Positions 28,721 to 39,757 of a stretch of DNA of 64,000 bases are shown here, piece by piece. The position numbers and the translations under genes are program-made. The DNA is from Octopus sinensis. Lineage: Eukaryota. Under the pieces are notes generated by a model. The model saw only the letters and a program-made list of their open reading frames with translations. It was not told where the DNA came from and did no database searches. The stretch's first letter is position 1, and each line of letters begins with the position of its first letter. The stretch lies in NCBI RefSeq assembly GCF_006345805.1, contig NC_043019.1:29387360-29451359 (forward strand). The letters run 5' to 3'.

Positions 28721-29034
28721 TACGCCGATGTGAGTGTTTGTATTTCAACATGCAAAACAAAGCAAATTCAAGACGTACAGCAAGGCCTGAAGTAATGGAG
28801 CAGTAGTCAACTCTTACAATAAAGTAATGATGATGGTGATGGTGGTGATGGTGATAGAAGTTACTACTACTACTATTACTACTAGGGCTACTCAAGTAAT
28901 CCCACAGATCTTTGATTATTCAGAATGTTAAGAACCAAATGAAACAATTCTTTTTAATTTTGGCACAACACTAGCAATTTTGTGGTTAATGGGAAGTCGA
29001 TTATATCAACCCCAGTCCTCAATGGGTATTTATT

Positions 29035-29612
29035 TTAGCTGGCATGTAACAAGCACCATTTGAGCATGGCTGAGGCCAGTGCCACCTTAGCAGCTCTTGT
29101 GCTGGTGACATGTAAAAAGCACCATTCAGCGTGGTCGATACCAGTGCCGCCTTACTGGCTCCCATGCTGATGGCACATAGAAAACAACATTTGAGTGAGG
29201 TCGATGCCAGTGCCGCCTGACTGGCTCTTGTGCTGGTGGCATGTAAAAAGCACCATTCAGCGTGGTCGATACCAGTGCCACCTTACTGGCTCCCATGCTG
29301 ATGGCACATAGAAAACAACATTTGAGTGAGGTCGATGCCAGTGCCACTTGACCGGCTCTTGTGCCGATGGCATATAAAAAAGCACCATTCAAGTGTGGTC
29401 GTTGCCAATGCCATCTCACTGACCCCTGTGTTGGTGGCACATAAAAAGCACCCACTACACTCTTGGAGTGGTTGGTGTGAGGAAGGGCATCCAGCTGTAG
29501 AAACCTTGCCTAAACAGATTGGAACCTAGTGCAGCTTCCTGGCTTGCCAGTCCTCAGTGAAAGTGTCCAACCCATGCCAGCATGGAAAGCGGACGTTAAA
29601 CGATAATGATGA
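29035..29612 (+). mobile_element. RTE 3-prime tail with expanded tandem array (about 6-7 units, 131-bp higher-order duplication)
   Basis: ACCATTCAGCGTGGTCGATACC at 29121 and 29252; conserved RTE tail follows. Confidence 0.8.
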
Positions 29613-30863
29613 GGAACCTGTAAAAGATGAGAGACAAACTCAAACCTCAGTGGCATTTGAACTCAGAGGGTCAAGAGCTGAAAGAAATGCTACTAAGCAG
29701 TTTGTTCAGCGTGGTAATAATTCTGCCAGCTGACTGCCTTGAGTCAGAAGAAAGAATGCAAAGTAACTTTTGCAATGCTTTAACAACTGTACCAATAAAC
29801 CTTCGTAATATTTTCTATTGTTATATGTTTAAACATTTCACTTAGACATTGTGAGACCAATAACCCAATGTAGAACTCAATATGTATATGTTTCAGAATG
29901 ATATGCTCACAGAGGACAGGATGGTAATAAGAAAGAGAAATGACAAAGGAATAAATGATTATCGGATATTCGAGGCTTTGATGAAGCTATAAGGTCTTAT
30001 TCAGACACTCAACCATGAGTCTACTGTATCTTATAGTAGAAACAGCTGTAAGCTAATGAAGTTATATCTTTCTTCTAACATCATCATTATTGTCAGTCGA
30101 CCTTTTATCTTCTAATTTTTACTTGTTTCACTTATTGGATGGGAGCCATGCTGGGGCACAGCTTTGGAGTGTTTCAGTCAAAGAAATCAACCCCAGAGCT
30201 TTCCATTTTTATCATTTTTTTTTAATGTTTTTTAAATTTTTTTCTCTATTTTTTTTTAGCGACTGGCTTGTCGGCTTTGTCAAACCACTAGTGTACAGGG
30301 ATGTAAACAAACTGACTACATTTAAAAATAAATATAAACACATACATATATACATACGTATGTGTGTGTGTGAATGCACATGTGTGTGTATATGTGTGCA
30401 TATCTATATGTTTATATTACGCATGTATATATATATGTGTGTGTGTGTGTGAAAATATGTATATGTGTATATATGCATATATATTATATATGCATGCAAA
30501 TATATAAATATATTGTACATTTTCATCTCCCTTTTGTATTTCACTTTGACATATTTATATTCTAGTTTTCATTTACTTTTTCTGTCAATTATATGTTATA
30601 AATTCTTTAACATGTAATATCAAATGCTATAGTTTTCTTCATTTTTAACATTTATTTAAGTTTCAATTGCTGAAGAAACGATGCATATTTATTATATCAA
30701 CTTATAATAAATCCAATATTGAAACATGTATACAAAGGTTATTTGAAGAAAGCTTTCCATAAGATCGTGTGTTTTTGTGTGTGTGTTGGTTTGTTGATTT
30801 CAAATTTTGGTACAAGGCTAGCAATTTCAGGAGTGGGATTAAGTCGAGTACATCTACCTCAGT

Positions 30864-31376
30864 ACATTATTTACATTATTTACAATTGATAGAAATTTGT
30901 CCTCATCTTATTTGTTTTTAACACATTTCGGCTGATATACCCTACAGCCTTCAAAAGGTGTATGGGGGGAATTTCAAACCTGGGTTCTCATTCCTAAGGT
31001 TTTTTTTTTATATTGTTGTTATTATTATCATTATTATTATTCAGGTTACTGCCTGGAATTGAACTTGGAATCTTGGGGTTAGTAACCCACACTCTTAACC
31101 ACTACACCATATGCCCGTATATATGGCATAGTGGTTAAGAACACGGGCTACTTACCCCAACATTCCGAGTTCAATTCCAGGCAGTGACCTGAATAATAAT
31201 AACAACAACAACAACGAAATAAAAAAACCTTAGGAATGAGAACCCAAGTTCAAAATTTCCCCAAGACACCTGATGAAGGTTGGAGGGTATATCAGCCGAA
31301 ACAAACAAGACGAGGACAAATATCCGTCAATTGTAAATAATGTAAATAATTCCTCATCTCTTAAATACAGAACTGT
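30864..31376. mobile_element. Head-to-head inverted dimer of a tRNA-headed, hammerhead-containing short element
   Basis: Arms 30864-31117 (minus) and 31122-31376 (plus); A box TGGCATAGTGG, B box GAGTTCAATTCC; CTGATGA-A-GGTTG..CAGCC-GAAAC at 31270-31302; TSD ATCTACCTCAGT at 30852-30863 and 31377-31388 inside a family A-type SINE. Confidence 0.8.
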
Positions 31377-31513
31377 ATCTACCTCAGTGTTCAACTGGTA
31401 CTTATTTTATTGACTTTGAAAGGCAAAAGGCAAAGTTGAATTTAGTGGAATTAGAACTCAGAAAGCAAAGACAGAAAAAATGCTGCTAAGCAATTTGCAT
31501 TGCATCTTAACAG

Positions 31514-31544
<31 letters not shown>

Positions 31545-31703
31545 TTATATATAAATATATATACATATATATATATGTTTTTATATAAGTATATATACTT
31601 ATATATATGTTTATATATAAATATATATACTTATATATATGTTTATATATATATACACATTTTTATATATATATTTTTGTATATATATTTGTGTGTGTAT
31701 GCG

Positions 31704-31738
<35 letters not shown>

Positions 31739-31925
31739 GAGTGTATTTTACCTTGTTAACAATTAACACGGATAAATGAATGAATAGTTACCAGGGCAGC
31801 AAAATCTCACAAGTAAAGATGTTGTAACTCCTTGTTTATAAAGGTTGAAACTTCGTGTTTACGTTGAATATTTGAATAATAGGAATAAAAAATAGAGTCA
31901 ACGCAGGTTTAAACAAGTATTTTTT

Positions 31926-32010
31926 CTTTCTACATATGTTTCAAAAATTCCACTGATACTTATTCAAAAGAATAAAAGGTATAAACAATGCAATCTTCTC
32001 TTCGGGAAAG
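31926..32010 (-). ncRNA. Minimal type I hammerhead ribozyme motif (left arm)
   Basis: Exact mirror of 33485-33569. Confidence 0.6.
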
Positions 32011-32210
32011 TGAAAAAACGAAACTTGTCAATACGACATTTTAGCAAAAAATGATGGATTCGTATAGCGATAGACAGAACGCTATTAATATTGTTTAAAA
32101 AACGTTATATGATATAACGTCATAAGTAGCTAACAGAAAGAGTAGGGATATTAATAGTGAATGTTAAATATAAAGGAAATTAAAGTCTAAACTATATATA
32201 ATGATAGAGA

Positions 32211-32600
32211 CTACTTATATGCACTAAAAGTATGCTTTTGCCAATGCTTACATCTGTATGCTCGTTCTATAACCGTGTTTACTAGAGTATTTTTAGAAAA
32301 AATAATGAAAAATAGCTCAGAATTGCAGAGAAGACAGAATTTCTTGCCTTTGTCATATGGTATCGAAATTGAGAGGATCAACCATTCCAAATGAAATTGT
32401 TCATTGTGGTCTTTTAAATTCCAAATCAGTTTGCTGAGACCGGTACTATTCCGTTTATTTCTATCTCTAAATGTTGAGTAATGGATAGAAATTCTCTTAG
32501 ATAACTCTAACGATGTGCTTCCAATGTAAAATCGTACTTTATTACGAGTACTGATTATACACTGGTATATAGAATTTTTAATCTTAGAGTTACTTGACAT
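32211..32600 (-). CDS. GIY-YIG endonuclease domain of a Penelope-like element (left arm, upstream frameshift)
   Basis: Same 129 aa as the C-terminal part of the plus ORF; one-base deletion near 32650 breaks the upstream frame. Confidence 0.7.
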   Translation of the reverse strand: MSSNSKIKNSIYQCIISTRNKVRFYIGSTSLELSKRISIHYSTFRDRNKRNSTGLSKLIWNLKDHNEQFHLEWLILSISIPYDKGKKFCLLCNSELFFIIFSKNTLVNTVIERAYRCKHWQKHTFSAYK

Positions 32601-32728
32601 AAATTTAATTCTATTGGGATTGACTTCAGATACAATAACCTTGTTATTATATTTCTAGAGGGTTGGATGGTAGTAGCTAAATTAATGTTAGTATTAGTAA
32701 ATGTATTAATATTTAACAGTTTGTTATT

Positions 32729-33283
32729 ATGAGAAGATATAATTTGCAAATTATATCTTCTCATAATAACAAACTGTTAAATATTAATACATTTACTAAT
32801 ACTAACATTAATTTAGCTACTACCATCCAACCCTCTAGAAATATTAATAACAAGGTTATTGTATCTGAAGTCAATCCCAATAGAATTAAATTTATGTCAA
32901 GTAACTCTAAGATTAAAAATTCTATATACCAGTGTATAATCAGTACTCGTAATAAAGTACGATTTTACATTGGAAGCACATCGTTAGAGTTATCTAAGAG
33001 AATTTCTATCCATTACTCAACATTTAGAGATAGAAATAAACGGAATAGTACCGGTCTCAGCAAACTGATTTGGAATTTAAAAGACCACAATGAACAATTT
33101 CATTTGGAATGGTTGATCCTCTCAATTTCGATACCATATGACAAAGGCAAGAAATTCTGTCTTCTCTGCAATTCTGAGCTATTTTTCATTATTTTTTCTA
33201 AAAATACTCTAGTAAACACGGTTATAGAACGAGCATACAGATGTAAGCATTGGCAAAAGCATACTTTTAGTGCATATAAGTAG
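32729..33283 (+). CDS. GIY-YIG endonuclease domain of a Penelope-like element (RT missing)
   Basis: SIYQC...FYIGST, conserved Arg/His (KRISIH), STGLSKLIWNLK, CLLC.SE, LVN, CKH: the PLE-type GIY-YIG layout; expression unknown. Confidence 0.75.
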   Translation: MRRYNLQIISSHNNKLLNINTFTNTNINLATTIQPSRNINNKVIVSEVNPNRIKFMSSNSKIKNSIYQCIISTRNKVRFYIGSTSLELSKRISIHYSTFRDRNKRNSTGLSKLIWNLKDHNEQFHLEWLILSISIPYDKGKKFCLLCNSELFFIIFSKNTLVNTVIERAYRCKHWQKHTFSAYK

Positions 33284-33484
33284 TCTCTATCATTATATAT
33301 AGTTTAGACTTTAATTTCCTTTATATTTAACATTCACTATTAATATCCCTACTCTTTCTGTTAGCTACTTATGACGTTATATCATATAACGTTTTTTTAA
33401 ACAATATTAATAGCGTTCTGTCTATCGCTATACGAATCCATCATTTTTTGCTAAAATGTCGTATTGACAAGTTTCGTTTTTTCA

Positions 33485-33569
33485 CTTTCCCGAAGAGAAG
33501 ATTGCATTGTTTATACCTTTTATTCTTTTGAATAAGTATCAGTGGAATTTTTGAAACATATGTAGAAAG
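33485..33569 (+). ncRNA. Minimal type I hammerhead ribozyme motif (right arm)
   Basis: Stem I CTTTC/GAAAG, core CCGAAGA (U4C), long stem II (GAAGATTGCATTG/CAGTGGAATTTTT with inner TATTC-TTTT-GAATA), GAAA, palindromic stem III ACATATGT, GUA site after 33564. Confidence 0.6.
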
Positions 33570-33883
33570 AAAAAATACTTGTTTACACCTGCGTTGACTC
33601 CATTTTTTATTCCTATATATATATATATATATATATAATTTTAGCATTCACTTTTCCGTGCTTTCATGAGTCTAACAAAAATCATTGAAACAGATTTTCT
33701 CCCACCAGATGACCTTCAGTCACCAACCCTTACCTGTCTCCCCACAGTGAAGCATGTTTCCATAGAAAATTGAAAATAATGGCCACTACGTGAAAGACAG
33801 TGAGGCTTATCTAAAACTATCAAGTGATGGTGAAACAAGAAAACACAAACACACATGTATGTGTGTATATATATATATTTGTA

Positions 33884-33939
<56 letters not shown>

Positions 33940-34221
33940 ATGATTCTTTCAATTTCATCTACCAAATCCATTTGGGAGTCTTTGGTTGTAGAAGACATTT
34001 CCCCGAGGTGCCATGCAGTGGGACTGAACCCAAAATCATGTAGTTCAGAAGCAAGCATCTTTACCATACAACCGTAACTGTGTGCACATATGCACACACG
34101 GATTTTGCAATGTATGTACATACATATATATATTCACATATTATGTAATTTCATATATGTACATATGTATATATATATACACACTAACATATATATATAT
34201 ATGCACACACACACACATATA

Positions 34222-34263
<42 letters not shown>

Positions 34264-34859
34264 TAACATATATATATATATGTACATATGTGCACATATA
34301 TATGACATATATGCACAGATATATATATATATATGCACACACACACACATATAATATATATATATATATATATATACATACATACATACATACACACACA
34401 CACTAACATATATATATATATATATGTACATATGTGCACATATATATTGACATATATGCACAGATATATATATATATTATATACATACACACACATACTT
34501 ATACATCCACACACAGAAAGATAGATATACACATAGGTATACATATACACATCGTGGAGTTACGCTCCGTTGGCAACATCAGTCAACTAGAACTACTTCC
34601 CTCGTGGCAGAGATCTATAAAATGCAATCAAGGATCTGAAATCTCAGTTTTTTTTCTAGCCAATAATCAATTTTTAAACAGTGAATAATGTTTTCTGCTA
34701 TTTTTTCTCTTGCCTTCATTTCAAATATGTGAAAATGTCAAAAGTCACACAAGACAACAATGAAAACCAAAGAAGAAAAATTCCAAAAGTTTAAACATTG
34801 ATGACAAAAATGGAAACAAAAAATATCAATTTTCGTGTCAAACCAAATATACTTTCAAT

Positions 34860-34864
34860 GCTTA

Positions 34865-34919
<55 letters not shown>

Positions 34920-35060
34920 TATATATAATTATATATATATTATATATATAATATATATATATATATAATTATATATATATTATATATATAATTATATATA
35001 TATATATATATATATATTATATTATATATATATATATAATATATATATATACATACATAT
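34860..35060. repeat. (AT)n-rich microsatellite tract
   Basis: Direct reading. Confidence 0.95.
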
Positions 35061-35860
35061 ACACATACATATACACATACACACATATATATAAACACAC
35101 ACACACACACATATATATAAACACACACACATATACATATATATATATATACATATACACACATACACACATCTATATATATATATATATATATATTGAT
35201 AGGTAGATGTGTGTGCATCAAACCATATATATCACACACACATGCAATATATACACATATATAAGCAAACACAAGGACACACCCACACAACTACAATCAC
35301 AAACACATATATATAACCATATACATATATATATATATATAGGCATATGATCATGCAGACACATACACCCGCACATACACATGCACAGAGGAACACTAAT
35401 AGCAAAACTGAATCGTTCATTGCAAAATAAATATAAAAAGTGACAAACATAAAAAGCCCATATAAACATCTGGTAAAAAAATACTTACCTGTTACAAGGT
35501 TGTTGCAGAGAGATCAATTAGGAAACAGTCTGTAGAAAGTAAGTGATTATCCTATTAATTAAAATTGCTCCCTTTTTTTAAAATTTTCTTTTTTTCACAT
35601 TATTTTCTTTCCAATGTAAATAAAACAATAACTGATTGAAAAGAATTCTATTTCCCATCAATGCACATGAATGGATGTAATAAAGTTTTCAACAGTGATT
35701 AAATATATTTTCAGTAACAGAAATATTCTCAAAAATATTAAGTGTATGTGTATATACACATACTTGCAATATTAAAGGCACATTCACATGATGTATACAC
35801 ACACCACACACACATATAAATGTATGTATAGATTGTTTGAAGCGTTGTACAGATTTTATA

Positions 35861-36019
35861 TATTAAGAAAAAGGAAACAGGATTTGAATAAAAACTATTT
35901 ATTTCGCACTCTCATTCCTTTGAGGGATTCATCATGAATTCATGATGAATCTCTCAAAGGAATAAAAGTGCTAAATAAACAGTATTTATCCAAATCCTGG
36001 CAATCTCCTTGTTCTTGAT
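35861..36019. mobile_element. Spacerless fold-back (palindromic) MITE-like element
   Basis: About 76/79-bp arms around ATGAA|TTCAT (35938/35939), few mismatches, TATA on both flanks. Confidence 0.7.
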
Positions 36020-36599
36020 ATATACACATACACTCATACATATATACAGACACCACTCTTGTATAAAACAAAGCTGATTTGATTTTTAGCACCAGAGACA
36101 AATCTGGAATGTCTGGAATATGTTCTGAAGAGTAATTCTCTTTGGTACATCATTATTTAACGATACAATAGCACATGTACACTTATGTATATAAAGCATA
36201 TGTGAAGCGTATATACTATCAAATGAGAATTGATGATGAAACTAAAAAGTGAATTATGAAACAGCTGTAAATATGTGGAATTAATTCTCCTTTGCCGCTC
36301 GCTTCTCCTGGATTTCAATTTTGATATGTCTTGGAGTGTTGAAAGGTAAAGGAACCTTTGGGAAAGATTTGAACTTGAAATACAAAGTGCTGGCCGGTAC
36401 AAGTCTCAGGTGGGTTGATATCAGAAGGATAGAAGGAACTACTAAGTGTCGAAATAGATTGACTTGAAGTAGATAAAATGAATTAGTAAATTAATTATGC
36501 CCTAAAAAGAGTTCACAAATACAATTAATATCTATACACATTATACAAATCATTAAAACAAGCTCACTACTTTCATTTGACTGTATGTGTGTATATATA

Positions 36600-36910
36600 T
36601 ATCACATGATCATGTGACCGACCAGGCTATCAGATGTTGCTACACATCGCTGGTCACAATGCGTTCGCATTGTTTTAGCCTTCGAATGAGACGCCACCCC
36701 GCTGGCTAAGCGAGCAGGCCAACAGAAGAAAGAGTGAAAGAAAGAGTGGTGAAAGAGTACAGCAGGGATCACCACACCCTGCCGGAGCCTCGTGGAGCTT
36801 TTTTAGGTGTTTTCGCTCAATAAACACACACAATGCCCGGTCTGGGAATCGAAACTGCGATCCTATGACCGCGAGTCTGCTGCCCTAACCACTGGGTCAT
36901 TGCACCTCCA
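36600..36910 (-). mobile_element. tRNA-derived SINE, family D (head shared with family C, different tail)
   Basis: Minus-strand head GGAGGTGCAATGACCCAGTGGTTAGGGC...GTTTCGATTCCC; tail also found at 57060-57175. Confidence 0.75.
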
Positions 36911-36911
36911 C

Positions 36912-36957
<46 letters not shown>

Positions 36958-39029
36958 TTGACTATGTGTGTGTGCGCATGGTCACATAAAGGCATGTGGC
37001 CTAGTGGCTAAGCATGTTGCACTCACAATTGTGAGATTGTGGTTTCGATTCCCAAACCAGCTGTGCATTGCGTTCTTGAGCTGAAAACTTCATTTCACAT
37101 TACTCCAGTCCACTCAGCTGTAAATGGGTAACTCTGCAATCTGCAGTAATGTTGTCCTGCTCACCTAGCCAGCAGAGTGGCATCATTTGAAAGATAAAAA
37201 CAATGCAAATTATCTTATGACCAGCAATGAATAACAGCATCAGAAAATCTGGTTGATCACACACACACACACACACATACATATATGTATGGTATTTTAT
37301 CTCTAACAAGATCTGAAAGTGATAGGGTAGATTATTTTTCTTTTCTTTTTTTTCTGTCAATGGTGGCCAAAGACAGACACGCACAACATGCTTCTTTCAG
37401 TATCCATGCCCCAAATCCACCCAAAAGGCTTTGGTTAGCCTGGAAGTATAGTGGAAGATACTTGCCCAAGGTGCCATGCAGTGGGGCTAAACCTGGAACC
37501 CTGCAGCTGAGAAGTAAACTTCTTACCACACAGCCATGCCTGCATCTGTTTCCTCATAGTCTATCAGAGTTTTGGAAGAAGGACGGTGAATTATCTTCAA
37601 TATTTTGATCAGCTTCAGTCGCTCCTAATTGTTTTTGGATGGTAATTAAATGGTAATTGCAAACATACATCACAAACAACTGAAGAAGCCTGAATACGGT
37701 TGCTTTATTCGTTAAAAATAGTCACTAAATCCTCCTCAAATTACACCCTACCAACTTCAAAATTAAAAGGATGGACATGTTAGATAATGTAGTCTTAGAT
37801 CAACTATGTCTTGAAAAGACAGACAATCACGACTAGACTGCCGTTGATCAAAAGTTCTGAAAGACTAAGGGTAAGCTGCGGATAAACAACAATAACAACA
37901 ACAACAACAATAACACATGAACAGCAACTAAAAATTAAAACCTTTGATCTGTGTTGAATGTTCATACGCCACATAATTGATTACTGATAATATCAAATCA
38001 ATAGGCTTTTCTATTGACTTTGTTGTAAACAAGAACAGCAATCTGTTCAGTAAAGGTAAAAAAAAAAAAGAAGTCTTTATTGCACACTGGAGTGATTAAA
38101 ATACTTTTTCTTGTCAATATATCATGCATTCTATGAATAAAAACATCTGTGGTAACAAGTTTCCAACAGATTTATCACTGGTTTGCAGTATTTCGGATAG
38201 TGAAAACGATGAGGGAGTGTTCATGTAAGCCAGGCAGAATACTGCAAGGTGTTTTTGTTTGAATGCACCAGTTTGCCAGTTTTCTCACTGATCTGTATAA
38301 CAATGAAATGTGCACTCATGCATGCACACACACACACACACTACCAAATATTAAGTACCCAAAAACACGATGAATGAAGCATAAAGGGGCTTTGTCTTCT
38401 ATAAAATAAACATTTACAGAATGATCATGCCATTTTGTTAACACATTTCAGAATGTCAAGTTAGAATGAAACAAACATGAAATGTGTGTGAGTCTCTCTC
38501 CCTCTCTCTATATGTGTGTGTGTGTGTGTGTTTTTGTATGTATGTATGTATAATGAAGGCACATGGCTTTGTGGCTAGGGTGTTGCACTCACATTTGCAA
38601 GATAGTGGTTTTGATTCCCAGACCAAGTACTGTATTGTGTTCTTGAGCAAAACACTTCACTTCACTTCACATTACTGTGCAATCATTTTGTCGTCTGGCA
38701 TGTTGCACATTATGCACCTGTACAGGTAATGTCAATTTGATGGGGGGAGGGGAGTGAGTTTATGTGAACGCAAACACTTGACCACTATAAACAAATCAAC
38801 TGTGTGGTTGTTTATAAAGACATTGCAGAACCCTCAGATGACATCTAACAACAGAAGAGTCCATGATATATACACACACACAAACACAAACACACAGAGT
38901 CCGAGGCTACTGAAGTTACTACAGCTGGCAAAAGCACCTTGTGCCTTGATTACAGTCACTGAAATGCTCATGAAAATTGGTTTACAATAGTAGATGAAAG
39001 TGGAATGACTGCCTTTAATGTGATAAATA

Positions 39030-39241
39030 CTTTGACCGACTGAAACCGGCTCTGGCAATGAGTACAAATGTCTTGCTTTCATAAGTTTTGAATTAAAATC
39101 TTCCACCAAACCTTAGTCACAATTTATGTTCTTAACACGAGCTGAATGATAACTAAGTTGTTTTACTAAATTCTTTGTTATATTTAAAGTAATTGAAAGA
39201 AAACACAGAGCATCTCAAAATAAATACAGTAAATGAAAGGG
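39030..39241 (+). mobile_element. piggyBac-like MITE (left end decayed)
   Basis: Matches 49930-50149; ends GAAAGGG+TTAA. Confidence 0.8.
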
Positions 39242-39536
39242 TTAAAGAAAATATTTCAAAGTGTTAGTCTGTCTGCACTTGTGTTATTTTAACCCTAAAT
39301 CCATGCTCATTTCTTTATGAGAATCCAATGATTATGCCCTAGGATCTACAACACCAAGTGGCACTAAGATAAATACATAATTTCTTAGTGGATGAATTAA
39401 AGATCTATACCTGAAATATTTACAATACTGAGAAGAGCTGAATTTAATCACAGCATTTTCTGTTTATATATAAAGAGAATTTGGCCTAAAGAAACGCTCC
39501 TATCTCATAATTCCACGTGGAAAAAAAGTACCTTAA

Positions 39537-39757
39537 CCCTTTCGTTACTGTATTTATTTAGAGATGGTCTGTGTTTCTTTCAATTACTTTAAATATAGCA
39601 AAGAATTTAGTAAAATAACTTAGTTATTGTTCAGCTTGTATTAGGAACATAAATTGTGACTAAGGTTTGGTGGAAGATTTTAATTAAAGCCTTAAGAAAA
39701 CAAGACATTTGTACAACAGAGCCAGAGCCGGTTTCAGCCGGGTTGGTAACAAAAGGG
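39537..39757 (-). mobile_element. piggyBac-like MITE, complete, 221 bp
   Basis: TTAA TSD at 39533-39536 and 39758-39761; TIRs CCCTTTCGTTAC / GTAACAAAAGGG. Confidence 0.9.

Larger units (their letters stand above)
31731..33614. mobile_element. 5-prime-truncated Penelope-like retroelement duplicated as a spacerless inverted repeat
   Basis: Arms 31879-32746 and 32747-33614 are near-exact reverse complements (axis TTG|CAA); GIY-YIG ORF and hammerhead motif in each arm; (AT)n on both flanks. Confidence 0.85.

Noticed and set aside
29035-29460. Regular 63-66-bp array resembling a CRISPR (also 60925-61200)
   Set aside because: Whole units repeat with no unique spacers, they lie in an RTE 3-prime UTR, and there are no cas genes in this eukaryotic context.
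31122-31192. tRNA gene (also SINE heads at 1587 and 36840-36910)
   Set aside because: A and B boxes are present but there is no complete cloverleaf, and the sequence continues into repeat bodies.
27404-35469. Many long ORFs of [16 protein letters not shown] type
   Set aside because: They are translations of (AT)n, (GT)n and (AC)n microsatellites, not genes.
36325-36365. GKGTFGK resembling a protein-kinase glycine-rich loop
   Set aside because: No following VAxK or other kinase motifs; bounded by stops.
36602-36617. 16-bp palindrome TCACATGATCATGTGA
   Set aside because: Small duplication at a SINE tail, absent from the 57170 copy; no evidence of function.
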